Shown piece by piece: positions 46,500-55,046 of a DNA stretch of 64,000 bases. The position numbers and the translations under genes are program-made. The stretch's first letter is position 1. Each line of letters begins with the position of its first letter. The notes beneath the pieces were generated by a model. It had not been told where the DNA came from. It ran no database searches and saw only the letters and a list, made by a program, of their open reading frames with translations. Origin of the DNA: Minisyncoccia bacterium. GTDB lineage: Bacteria > Patescibacteriota > Minisyncoccia > Phycocordibacterales > DATDWN01. The stretch is taken from assembly GCA_049297675.1 (NCBI GenBank), contig JBAQUS010000004.1:13188-77187 (forward strand), read 5' to 3'.

Positions 46500-48038
46500 A
46501 TGTTTTACACTATCGCAATTTCCGTTCTCGTTGCAGTGACAATCTCGGTCCTGATCGTCGTCGGTTGGCTTATCTTCCGTGTCGTACAGACACGGAGGAG
46601 GACACCAGTCATTCATGATTGGGCGCGGAGGGATGATAGTCGCGAGACGACACCCTCCCCGACTCCTACCACGACATCCGGAATTGATGTCGACCTCACA
46701 CTGAATCCTCCCCGCCATACTCCGAAAGGAAATAGCGGAAGAGAACCCGAACCGTTGCCTCCATGTAAATGGAAAAAAGGCACGTTTCGTATCATCTACT
46801 GGGCGGTAATAATTCCGCTCGGAATGATATCTGTCTTCGTTCTGGAGTGGGGTATCCTATCGGGTCTGCCACTCACGTGGAATACCCTGTTGGAATTCAA
46901 CGCAACTTCAGTTGGGCTGACCCTTGTTGTTCTCTGGGTAGCCTACTTCTTGGACACATTCAAGATCGTCAAGTTCAATGAACTCGGCGGTCGTGTGGTA
47001 CTTGGTAGTTTCGAGTCCTACTCTGACGGGATAACTCTCGCACCGAGATGGATTACCGATCTGGTCAAGGTAACGAGAGCAACTGAAGAACTTGATCAAC
47101 CTCACAGTGACCCGTCAAAAATTTTCTGGGGAGACCTAAGCAAACTTCCAGACGGGAAAATCCCGGACGGTATGGTACTACCAATTCGTGTGCCATTCCT
47201 CCAGAGGTCAAGCGATGAAGACTTCGAAGTTCGCTGGCCACTTGAAACAGGAGAGGTCAAAACCAGAATTACAAAGGGCTATGACCTTCTTAGTGCAACG
47301 GATGCTCCTGTCGAGTATTCGATCGGAATCAGATTCATCGACATCCAACGTGTTATCGTTCGACTCAGGTCACTCAAAGCAGCCTACGACTTGGCAACAG
47401 ACTATGCAGAGACGCTCATAACGGGCACTTTGCAGAAAATGTCCGCTGCCGAAGCCCAAGTACTGAAACAGGAAATTTCAGTACATCTTGAGGAACAGAC
47501 GGACAACCGTGTTTTCCAATCGTACGGCTTCGTGATCGACTTCGTGACTTTGAAGTCAATCGGGACTTCGCACACAATCGCGGAATCGCGAGCGCAGGCG
47601 GCAGCAGCTGTCAACCTTGCGAATAAAACGGTTAGAGACGCAAAAGCTACAGCTAAGGCAACCGAACTTCAAGGTGCTTCTGTGGCTGGAGCTGAATTGG
47701 CACTACTCAACGCGAGGTCAGTAGGACTACGCAACATCGTCGACGCTGCGACTTCACGGTCAGGGGGAGTTGAACTCGCCAAAGCTATGGAAGCGGCACG
47801 CGCTATTCAGTTTGGCGCAGATTCGACAGTTGTTGTCCCAGGTGGAAACACTGGGGACGGTCTCGGACTCTTTGGCGCAGCGGTCGGTACAGCAATTAGT
47901 GCTTCGGCCGCACTTGGGAGAAAACCAGCTGGTGAAAAAGCTCTAACAGAGACCCAACCAGCACAACCAACAACTACTACAACACCCCCTGCACGTGGCG
48001 ACAGACGTGGCCATAAGAAAGGGGGTAAGAGGAGTTAG
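46500..48038 (+). CDS. SPFH/band-7 (stomatin/HflK/C-like) membrane protein, high-GC
   Basis: ATG 46500 with RBS GAAGAGG (the track ORF starts at an upstream TTG). TM helices, then VKFNELGGRVVLGSFESYSDGITLAPRWITDLVKV, then YGFVIDFVTLKSIG...AESRAQAAAAV...AEL coiled coil with Ala/Glu-rich tail. About 55% GC. Confidence 0.55.
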   Translation: MFYTIAISVLVAVTISVLIVVGWLIFRVVQTRRRTPVIHDWARRDDSRETTPSPTPTTTSGIDVDLTLNPPRHTPKGNSGREPEPLPPCKWKKGTFRIIYWAVIIPLGMISVFVLEWGILSGLPLTWNTLLEFNATSVGLTLVVLWVAYFLDTFKIVKFNELGGRVVLGSFESYSDGITLAPRWITDLVKVTRATEELDQPHSDPSKIFWGDLSKLPDGKIPDGMVLPIRVPFLQRSSDEDFEVRWPLETGEVKTRITKGYDLLSATDAPVEYSIGIRFIDIQRVIVRLRSLKAAYDLATDYAETLITGTLQKMSAAEAQVLKQEISVHLEEQTDNRVFQSYGFVIDFVTLKSIGTSHTIAESRAQAAAAVNLANKTVRDAKATAKATELQGASVAGAELALLNARSVGLRNIVDAATSRSGGVELAKAMEAARAIQFGADSTVVVPGGNTGDGLGLFGAAVGTAISASAALGRKPAGEKALTETQPAQPTTTTTPPARGDRRGHKKGGKRS

Positions 48039-48040
48039 TC

Positions 48041-49396
48041 ATGCCTATCGTCGCAATCGTTATCGTACTCCTCTTTCTCGTCTTCGGACGAAGGAAAGGA
48101 AACGATAGCAAATACATTCGAGAGTCAGAGGTCGTTGATACCAAGCCAAATGGTAAAACAGAGACGGAAAAACACACTCTGTGGTGGCACGTCGGCCACT
48201 ACAAACTCGTGTGGCTACAGCACTGGAGGAGGTCAACAACCCTCCGTGTCTCCGCCGGACTGCTTGCTTTCGGGCTGGGAGTCTGGATCTTCCCTCTAAC
48301 GAGGGAATGGTGGAGTTCGCAGTGGGTTAGCTTCGGCCTTTACCTAATTGCCGCTCTGGCCATTATCTGCCTTGGGTTCATGTTGGGCCCGGCGCAGAAA
48401 GTGCCGTTCGAGTACAGGCTCCGGCCTTTATTGCTCATCATTGGAATTGCGATCGCAGTCTACGGACTCGGTGCGAACACCAAGTTCGGTCAGAGCACCT
48501 GGTCGTGGATCGCCTCTCACTTCGGGAGAACAGATGGAAACATCGGTCTAACTCCAGAGGAGACAGCTGACCTACCGGACGGGTTCGTCGAGAGCGACAA
48601 TCCGAACCACTGGTCAAACCACGTCACCGATGAAAATCGTGATGTGGTCAACATGGTCCGGGCTGCCGTCCAGAGCGAACTTGTCCCAACCCATTGGGAC
48701 CTCGCCATGCAGATCTGCGGTATGGAATCGGCATGGTTTCGTCAGTTCGATGAGGACGGTAATGTTCTCAGAAACGTCAAAAACAATGACGGGTCAATCG
48801 ACTACGGAGTCTGTCAGATCAACTCCATATGGATGAAAAAGTCCAAGGAGTTGGGAGATGGTTTCCGGATCGACGGGCCGGCTGACGAAAACATTCGAAT
48901 GGCCATGTGGATCTGGACGAATCCAGAAACACGTGGGCCACGCGAGTGGACCGGTACGTACAACACAGCTCTTGCTGTTGTCCGCAATGCGCGGACAACG
49001 CCAGAGACTGTGAACGCACGTCGAACTCCAGAGAGGTCACCGGCTGAACAGGAGACTGTTCAGGCTGGGATCGCACTGGTCTCACAAACTGAGCCAATTC
49101 ACCAGCAACGCAACCCACAAAGAGAGGTGTCTGTCACAGCCATGTTTCCAGGATGGGTCACCGACAAGTCCTCCATGACCTGCGACCTCGAAGAGGACGC
49201 AGAAATCGAGGCGGTCGGTGAGCCTGGAATATTTTACTGGAGTGACACAAACTTCAGTACGAACATCCTAAAGCCTGGAGAAACTGCTTCACTTGCTGGA
49301 TTCAAATGCGTTGCAGTCAGATACTTTTCCCCAACGTTTGGGGGAAAACTGACTGAGGGTCAGAGCCCTTACGCAATCGTGAGACGATACAAATAA
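48041..49396 (+). CDS. 4-TM membrane protein with a lysozyme-like (C-type lysozyme/SLT-like) catalytic domain; possible VirB1-like peptidoglycan hydrolase
   Basis: MQICGMESAWF...DGSIDYGVCQINSIWMKK parallels hen lysozyme AKFESNF...DGSTDYGILQINSRWW (catalytic Glu and Asp regions). RBS AGGAG. About 55% GC. Confidence 0.55.
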   Translation: MPIVAIVIVLLFLVFGRRKGNDSKYIRESEVVDTKPNGKTETEKHTLWWHVGHYKLVWLQHWRRSTTLRVSAGLLAFGLGVWIFPLTREWWSSQWVSFGLYLIAALAIICLGFMLGPAQKVPFEYRLRPLLLIIGIAIAVYGLGANTKFGQSTWSWIASHFGRTDGNIGLTPEETADLPDGFVESDNPNHWSNHVTDENRDVVNMVRAAVQSELVPTHWDLAMQICGMESAWFRQFDEDGNVLRNVKNNDGSIDYGVCQINSIWMKKSKELGDGFRIDGPADENIRMAMWIWTNPETRGPREWTGTYNTALAVVRNARTTPETVNARRTPERSPAEQETVQAGIALVSQTEPIHQQRNPQREVSVTAMFPGWVTDKSSMTCDLEEDAEIEAVGEPGIFYWSDTNFSTNILKPGETASLAGFKCVAVRYFSPTFGGKLTEGQSPYAIVRRYK

Positions 49397-49429
49397 ACTA
49401 GAGTTAGAGAGGAGTACACATGTTCGCAT

Positions 49430-49466
49430 GAGGCCGTTACCCGATAAGGGAACGGCCTCTTTTTAT
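49430..49466 (+). terminator. Rho-independent terminator of the high-GC operon (GAGGCCGTT...AACGGCCTC plus TTTTT)
   Basis: 9-bp stem with an extra CCC/GGG inner extension and a T-run. Confidence 0.65.
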
Positions 49467-49492
49467 GCATGATGATATATAAAATTTCTCTA

Positions 49493-49525
49493 CAGAAAAC
49501 CGCTCAAGTTGTGAGCGGTTTTCTG
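49493..49525 (-). terminator. 14-bp hairpin CAGAAAACCGCTCA-AGTTG-TGAGCGGTTTTCTG, downstream of the pilin array (minus strand)
   Basis: Perfect stem. U residues lie partly within the stem. Confidence 0.5.
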
Positions 49526-49536
49526 TGACTAACTTG

Positions 49537-49827
49537 TTAATAGTTTCGTATTATAGCGTTGACTGCTGCGTTATTAGGTGCCACCCCGAAAGTGTTAAGG
49601 ACGAAGTGAACCAACCCATAAACCGAAAACATTATGACCATTCCCACTATTCCCCAGACCATGGAATCTCTGGACTCCTTTCTGGTATTTCCTTTATCGT
49701 CTGCATCAGAAGATAAAAACTTGATGGCCCCCCATACAAAGTACAGAAAGGCTATAGCAAACATGAGGAAAATCAATGGATTCAGTATAACGTTTGCTAC
49801 ATTACGTAGAAAAGGAACAATAGTCAT
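49537..49827 (-). CDS. TrbC/VirB2-like pilin paralog 1 (no signal peptide; two hydrophobic helices)
   Basis: FVWGAIKFLSSDADDKGNTRKESRDSMVWGIVGMVIMFSVYGLV conserved core shared with paralogs 2-7. Confidence 0.45.
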   Translation of the reverse strand: MTIVPFLRNVANVILNPLIFLMFAIAFLYFVWGAIKFLSSDADDKGNTRKESRDSMVWGIVGMVIMFSVYGLVHFVLNTFGVAPNNAAVNAIIRNY

Positions 49828-49852
49828 GTACTAGTTTCGTTAACTAGACTGA

Positions 49853-50206
49853 TTACAGACCTGTAACTGTTGGAACTGTACCAGTTGTGATGTTTTGAAC
49901 ACCAAATGTAGATTGTAACCATGCAACCAATCCGTAGATTGAGATCATGACTGCTATTGCAATCACACCCCAAATCATCTGGTTTCTACCTGCCTCCTGT
50001 GCCTTAGGATCCCCAGCTGAACGTAGGAATGTAACCAAGCCCCAGAAGAAGAACACTATCGCTAGACCGAAAACTATAGGGATAAGTGTTCTAACTGTTG
50101 TTGCAATGAAAGTAAGAAGTGCTTGCAAACCTGTTAAGTTTGGAGTCTGGGCGAAAGCCAAGACTGGAGCAAGAAAAGATCCTACTGAAATGACAATTTT
50201 TTTCAT
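49853..50206 (-). CDS. TrbC/VirB2-like pilin paralog 2 (signal peptide ending AFAQ)
   Basis: Signal peptide, then FFFWGLVTFLRSAGDPKAQEAGRNQMIWGVIAIAVMISIYGLVAWL. Confidence 0.5.
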   Translation of the reverse strand: MKKIVISVGSFLAPVLAFAQTPNLTGLQALLTFIATTVRTLIPIVFGLAIVFFFWGLVTFLRSAGDPKAQEAGRNQMIWGVIAIAVMISIYGLVAWLQSTFGVQNITTGTVPTVTGL

Positions 50207-50311
50207 TTTTTTGTTAATATTACGATTAATAATGCTATTATAGTACTTTTTAAAAATAATGCAAGTCCTCGGTCAAATAGACTCTGTGGATTAGTTTACT
50301 TCCAGTTATAC

Positions 50312-50689
50312 TTAGTTTGGACTAAAACATGTTTCAAAGTTAGTACAAGACTCAATACTAAAGACATTTCCAAGAAATGCCACTATTCCAAATAATGATA
50401 GAATGATGAACATGCCTATAATACCCCATAACATCCTTTGTTTTCCTTCCTCACGGGATTTAGAATCACCAGAATTTAGTACAAATTGTGCCACACCCCA
50501 TATAAAGAAAAGCAAAGCAACACTGCCTAGGATTGGTACTAATATATCAACTAAATCCTTAAATTCCTGAGCAAAAGTCTGAATAGTTTGAGCCGAAAGA
50601 ATGGTTGGAAAAATAGACCAAGACAAAGACACTACAAAAAATATTCTGCTGGTGTAACCATGAGAAAATATAAATTTTCTTACCATCAA
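50312..50689 (-). CDS. TrbC/VirB2-like pilin paralog 3 (signal peptide ending LSAQ)
   Basis: FFIWGVAQFVLNSGDSKSREEGKQRMLWGIIGMFIILSLFGIVAFL. Confidence 0.5.
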   Translation of the reverse strand: MMVRKFIFSHGYTSRIFFVVSLSWSIFPTILSAQTIQTFAQEFKDLVDILVPILGSVALLFFIWGVAQFVLNSGDSKSREEGKQRMLWGIIGMFIILSLFGIVAFLGNVFSIESCTNFETCFSPN

Positions 50690-50711
50690 AATAGTTAATG
50701 TTACAAAATTA

Positions 50712-51071
50712 TTATAAAGAAGTACAGATCATTGACCCGATTGGACACCCTGTTTGTGGTATCCCTAGAGCAGTATTTATAAATGCCACTATTCCGAATA
50801 TAGACATTATTACGAACATACCAACTACACCCCATATCATCCTTTGTTTTCCCTCTTCTCTCAGTTTGGTATCGCCAGCATTTAGAATAAATGTAGCTAC
50901 ACCCCACATAAAGAACATAAAAGCCAAACCGAAGACGATGGGTATAAGAAGTCGAACTATATTTCCGAATTCAGTCACTAGTGTTCTTACCACGGCTAGA
51001 CTCTGGGCAAAAATAAAAACAGGAAATAAAAGTTGTGGTGCATAAATTAAAAATTTTAGATTTTTCTTCAT
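50712..51071 (-). CDS. TrbC/VirB2-like pilin paralog 4 (signal peptide ending FAQ)
   Basis: FFMWGVATFILNAGDTKLREEGKQRMIWGVVGMFVIMSIFGIVAFI. Confidence 0.5.
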   Translation of the reverse strand: MKKNLKFLIYAPQLLFPVFIFAQSLAVVRTLVTEFGNIVRLLIPIVFGLAFMFFMWGVATFILNAGDTKLREEGKQRMIWGVVGMFVIMSIFGIVAFINTALGIPQTGCPIGSMICTSL

Positions 51072-51140
51072 ATTTTTTATTTATTTCTATTTATTACTAT
51101 CAGTTATGCATTATAATACATACAACACAAAAGTACAAGG

Positions 51141-51524
51141 CTAAAATCTAATGAAAACAAAGGCAGGATCAGCATCAGTAGAGCCATTCAACCCTACAGC
51201 GTTTATAACAACACCAATGATTGCTCTTACAGATAGTAGGACAAATAAAGCAATTGTTCCCCAAAGCATATATTTTCTTCCATTTTCTATTTCCGTTTTA
51301 TTTCCAGATCGAATAAAAAATTTAGAAAGACCCCAAATAAATACTAAAACAGCTAAAGAAAGAAAGGCTGGCAGGATTGTGTTGTAAATAAGTTCTCCTG
51401 TGGTGAAGGCGGCATCTCCAAATGTGCCACCCGGAGGTATAAGTTGGGCATAAGCAATAATCGGAAAAACACTGACAACAAGGTTTGAAATGAACCTGTA
51501 GTGCTTTAAAAAAAAAGTTTTCAT
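51141..51524 (-). CDS. TrbC/VirB2-like pilin paralog 5 (signal peptide ending AYAQ)
   Basis: VFIWGLSKFFIRSGNKTEIENGRKYMLWGTIALFVLLSV. Confidence 0.45.
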   Translation of the reverse strand: MKTFFLKHYRFISNLVVSVFPIIAYAQLIPPGGTFGDAAFTTGELIYNTILPAFLSLAVLVFIWGLSKFFIRSGNKTEIENGRKYMLWGTIALFVLLSVRAIIGVVINAVGLNGSTDADPAFVFIRF

Positions 51525-51536
51525 TATTGATAAATT

Positions 51537-51899
51537 TTAACCAACAGTGATTAGTTGACTAACCGTATTTCTAACCAGCTCTGATATGGCCACAGCTCCG
51601 AGGAGAATTCCTCCGCCTATGAGAGCCCAGAGAAGTCTCTGTTTTGCCTCGCCAAGTTTTTTCTCATTACCTTGGGCAGTTACAAAAGTAAAGCCTGCAT
51701 AAATAATGTACATTACAACCACCACGGCTCCTATAGGCAAAACCACGTTGTTAAGGAGTGCAGTTAAAATATCAATGAGATTGCTTCCTGCTTTGGTGGC
51801 CGGATTGGTAATGGTAATATTTTGAGCGAACAAAACTACTGGCAAAATAATATTAGCGAGTATCAGAAGAATTTTTGTGTATTTTTTATATATTTTCAT
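51537..51899 (-). CDS. TrbC/VirB2-like pilin paralog 6 (signal peptide ending LFAQ)
   Basis: MYIIYAGFTFVTAQGNEKKLGEAKQRLLWALIGGGILLGAVAI. Confidence 0.45.
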   Translation of the reverse strand: MKIYKKYTKILLILANIILPVVLFAQNITITNPATKAGSNLIDILTALLNNVVLPIGAVVVVMYIIYAGFTFVTAQGNEKKLGEAKQRLLWALIGGGILLGAVAISELVRNTVSQLITVG

Positions 51900-51903
51900 A
51901 TTA

Positions 51904-52314
51904 TTAACCTAGAAAAGTTGGAATATTATCATCTAATAATGCTGTGGTGATAAGTCTAACTAACACCCAGGCGATTATTATAATAGCAATACCCTGTACA
52001 ACTTTAAGAAGCATACCCGCGGCTTTTGCCCGCTCCGAAGCACTCTCTCCACCCATCATAAACCTAAAGCCAGCCCAAGCGATAACTATAACAGAAAAAC
52101 CTAGGGCAAACTTAGTTCCTTCGTTTGTCACTCGTCTTACGGCTCTTATCAGGTCATCAAATGTACACTCTCCTGCTATCCCACCAACTCCGGGACACTC
52201 GTAAACAAACTGGGCATGGCTTACTAGTGGTGTAAAAAGAAAAAGAAAAACAAGAAACAGGAGAATTTTTGATGCCAAATTATTTAAAAATGTACTTCTC
52301 ATTTTGTTAAACAT
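51904..52314 (-). CDS. TrbC/VirB2-like pilin paralog 7 (signal peptide ending SHAQ; Cys pair in the mature N-terminus)
   Basis: VIAWAGFRFMMGGESASERAKAAGMLLKVVQGIAIIIIAWVLV. Confidence 0.45.
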   Translation of the reverse strand: MFNKMRSTFLNNLASKILLFLVFLFLFTPLVSHAQFVYECPGVGGIAGECTFDDLIRAVRRVTNEGTKFALGFSVIVIAWAGFRFMMGGESASERAKAAGMLLKVVQGIAIIIIAWVLVRLITTALLDDNIPTFLG

Positions 52315-53603
52315 TATGATTTGATTAGAGCAGTCAGTTCTGTTTCCGCTCTGTTTAAGGCATCAGATGCTCTAGACCTTCCACTAGTTATGCTCTCAAT
52401 CATATCACGAAACAGATTTGAAGTTGCCTGTGGTTCAGGATCAATCCACGACCTGGAGATTAAGGCAGAATCATAGAATACTTGCATGTGAGCCTCTGGA
52501 GGCTTCACAGAAAGCATGTCTCTTCTTACAGGAGGTAGGTTTGTAATGCCACCTATTCCCTTTATAGCTTCGACCTCTGTCAGAGCGTTTAGGGCTATAA
52601 AGGAGGCCTGGATATTTTTGGATTGCTTTACAATGGATATACCGTAGAGATGTCCGAAAACTACTTTCTTTTTGCTATCTCTTATTTGTGGAACCGAAGT
52701 GACACCGTAATTTAGATTTGGATTTTTTTGTTGAATACCAACTAGCTCACTAGCAAAACCAAAATAAATAGCCAAATTTCCGGAGAGAAAGAAGTTGGAT
52801 GAAGATGGAAGGGACCTATTCCAGGAATATGAGACAAGGTTTGGATTAGAAAATTGGATGTAAAAATCTGTTGCTGACTGGCTCGGAGTCCTAGGATATC
52901 CGAACTGAAGGTTAAGCACTGTATCAAGCCCATTTTCCTCCCTCTGTATTATTGGTGTTCCAGCTTGGAGCATGAGCATTATGAGTAACTCCTTGGCACT
53001 TGTGATATTTCTCCATTCACCGAAAGCTATAGTTGATTGAGAAATATTGGCCTGACCGTCTTTTTTGGTGATCTTTGGAACCAAGTCTGGAATCTCGTCC
53101 CAGTATTTAGGAGGGGACGCAATAAAGTTGCTGGAGAATAAGTCTCTATTCCAATACATAACCATGGGATCAATAATGAATGGCAAAGCTAATATGCCTT
53201 CTGGAGTAAGAAACAATTCCCCTTCTTCTATAAACCTGTCCTTGAAATCCCTCTCTGGATAAAATTCCGATGGTATTGGATAAAGTTTATTTCTATTTTT
53301 GTAAACCAAATCCTCTCTAAGAATAACTATGTCTGGCCCTCTACCTTCTGCCAGAGCCTCGACAAAGTCTCTATCAAAATCTGATGGGTCCTTTCTGACA
53401 TACATCACTCTTATGTTTTTATTTCCAGAAAGTGACGAAGCTATATAAGCATTTGTAAATGCATCGTCCGAAATAGTTCCCCATGCGACTAGACCAGCAG
53501 ATACATTTGCTGTACCGGTATTTTTACTCAAGGCAAAAACCATAATACCTGCAACTATGGCCACAGAGAAGACGGCTATGACAGCTATTTTAAACGTACT
53601 CAT
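52314..53603 (-). CDS. ABC-transporter extracellular solute-binding protein, family 1 (MalE-like), TM-anchored
   Basis: N-terminal TM anchor. VMYVRKD...ALAEGRGPDIV, MYWNRDLF and WIDPEP motifs typical of SBP_bac_1. Stop/start overlap with pilin 7. Confidence 0.55.
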   Translation of the reverse strand: MSTFKIAVIAVFSVAIVAGIMVFALSKNTGTANVSAGLVAWGTISDDAFTNAYIASSLSGNKNIRVMYVRKDPSDFDRDFVEALAEGRGPDIVILREDLVYKNRNKLYPIPSEFYPERDFKDRFIEEGELFLTPEGILALPFIIDPMVMYWNRDLFSSNFIASPPKYWDEIPDLVPKITKKDGQANISQSTIAFGEWRNITSAKELLIMLMLQAGTPIIQREENGLDTVLNLQFGYPRTPSQSATDFYIQFSNPNLVSYSWNRSLPSSSNFFLSGNLAIYFGFASELVGIQQKNPNLNYGVTSVPQIRDSKKKVVFGHLYGISIVKQSKNIQASFIALNALTEVEAIKGIGGITNLPPVRRDMLSVKPPEAHMQVFYDSALISRSWIDPEPQATSNLFRDMIESITSGRSRASDALNRAETELTALIKS

Positions 53604-53640
53604 ATTCGCTGATTATAACAAGAAATCATTTTTTCTAAAA

Positions 53641-54168
53641 TTACATCTTCTTAAAGATTAATCCGTAGTGATGTGCTCCGGCGGAAATTTCCCTGTCTAT
53701 ACTAAAGCCCTGCTTTTCAAAAAGCTCTTTGGCTTTTGGTTTTTTAACAACATCGATCGGTTTTGGACCAATTCCACCGAATGAATCTGACCAGTCTATT
53801 ACCAATACCCTTCCCCCGGGTTTTAAAATTCTTTTGGCCTCTTTTATTGCCCCGACTTTATCATCTAGCTGAAAAAGAAGATTGCAAATAAAAACCAGAT
53901 CAACAGAAGAATCCCTAAGTTTTGCTCCATTTGGCTTTTCGACATTACCCCATACTACTTCTATGTTATAAAGGCCTTCTTTTGTTGAGTTATTTTTCAA
54001 TCTGGTCAGTAGCTCTTTATCTACGTCAATAGCGTAAACCCTACCAGTTGAAATGAGCGCCCTTGAAGCAGCCATGGAGTAATGTCCCGAGCCAGAACCA
54101 AAATCTGCAATATCCATCCCGGCCTGTATTCCACACTGCTCTATGTTTTTTATTGGATCGGAGAACAT
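53641..54168 (-). CDS. Class I SAM-dependent methyltransferase
   Basis: Motif I VADFGSGSGHYS. Post-I acidic residue (YAIDVD). Motif II-like LVFICNLLF. Confidence 0.65.
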   Translation of the reverse strand: MFSDPIKNIEQCGIQAGMDIADFGSGSGHYSMAASRALISTGRVYAIDVDKELLTRLKNNSTKEGLYNIEVVWGNVEKPNGAKLRDSSVDLVFICNLLFQLDDKVGAIKEAKRILKPGGRVLVIDWSDSFGGIGPKPIDVVKKPKAKELFEKQGFSIDREISAGAHHYGLIFKKM

Positions 54169-54341
54169 TGGCTAGTTATGAAGTTGAAAGTAAAAAGTTA
54201 GAAGTAATACAAACAGTATACTAACAAAATTACGTGCTATTTATTATACAACCAAAAAACCAAATCAACACTATAGTTGTTCACAAATTAGAGTTTAAAT
54301 TTTGTTAATTTTATATAAGGACTCAATATAAAAAACCTGTT

Positions 54342-54362
54342 TTACTAGGGTAACCCTAGTAA
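54342..54362. repeat. REP-like palindrome TTACTAGGG-TAA-CCCTAGTAA (rayT2-associated, downstream side), followed by TTACTAGTAA
   Basis: Perfect 9-3-9 palindrome 4 nt beyond the rayT2 stop. Confidence 0.6.
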
Positions 54363-54365
54363 TTA

Positions 54366-55043
54366 CTAGTAACTATCTTTATATTCTAACCAATCAGTTA
54401 TATTATCATTAAAATCAAAGATACTTGAAAAATACTCAGGGAAATTAGTTTTGTCTAAAATCATACCCGCTTCCCTCTTTTGTCCGACATAATCTAAATA
54501 ACTAGAACAATCATAATTCGATAGAAATTTTTTAGCTTTACTAATGTTTTTTATTCCAGATTCTTTCCAGTCATATTCAATTAATTTAACTGGATTAAGA
54601 TGAATGTAAGAAAATAAATATTTCAAATATTCATCAGAGTCAGCATGTTCTGCTTTATATGTACCCTGAAACAACGAACCCACTCTATCATTTAATTTAT
54701 TAAAGTAGGTAGAATAGCCCGTAGTCAATTTTTCCATAAACATAGCTGTACCGCCCTCAACAATTTCTCTAACAAGAATATGAAAATGATTTGGCATTAA
54801 AACCCATGCTCCTATTGCAACGAGTTGCTCGCCCCTGTTAATATCTTTCAATGGTAAGTCTATTGTTGTGCTGTACCTATAAGGAAGAGTATTGTTTGCA
54901 AGATATAAGAGTCTAATAAATCTCTTATAATCATTCTGTGAAATAAAAATATCGCGCTTTTCAACTCCTCGATTATATATATGGTAAAACTCGCCTTCAG
55001 ATATGACTATTTTTCTTTGCATAGAAGCACTATATACTAACAA
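54366..55043 (-). CDS. IS200-like Y1/HUH transposase, RayT-type, paralog 2
   Basis: FYHIYNRGV, HUH motif HFHILV, GTYKAEHAD and YIHLNP motifs. Homologous to 45556-46215. Flanked by its own palindromes. Confidence 0.65.
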   Translation of the reverse strand: MLVYSASMQRKIVISEGEFYHIYNRGVEKRDIFISQNDYKRFIRLLYLANNTLPYRYSTTIDLPLKDINRGEQLVAIGAWVLMPNHFHILVREIVEGGTAMFMEKLTTGYSTYFNKLNDRVGSLFQGTYKAEHADSDEYLKYLFSYIHLNPVKLIEYDWKESGIKNISKAKKFLSNYDCSSYLDYVGQKREAGMILDKTNFPEYFSSIFDFNDNITDWLEYKDSY

Positions 55044-55046
55044 CTC

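Noticed and set aside
46467-49118. Numerous 60-100-aa ORFs on both strands within the high-GC operon (46467-46718, 46613-46795, 46908-47105, 47402-47614, 48517-48708, 48819-49118 and others)
   Set aside because: High GC suppresses stop codons in all frames. All overlap the two long, motif-bearing genes.
49525-50243. Plus-strand ORFs (49525-49716, 49634-49834, 49947-50243 and similar through 52204) inside the pilin array
   Set aside because: Antisense to the conserved, signal-peptide-bearing pilin paralogs. Hydrophobic antisense translations are expected artefacts.
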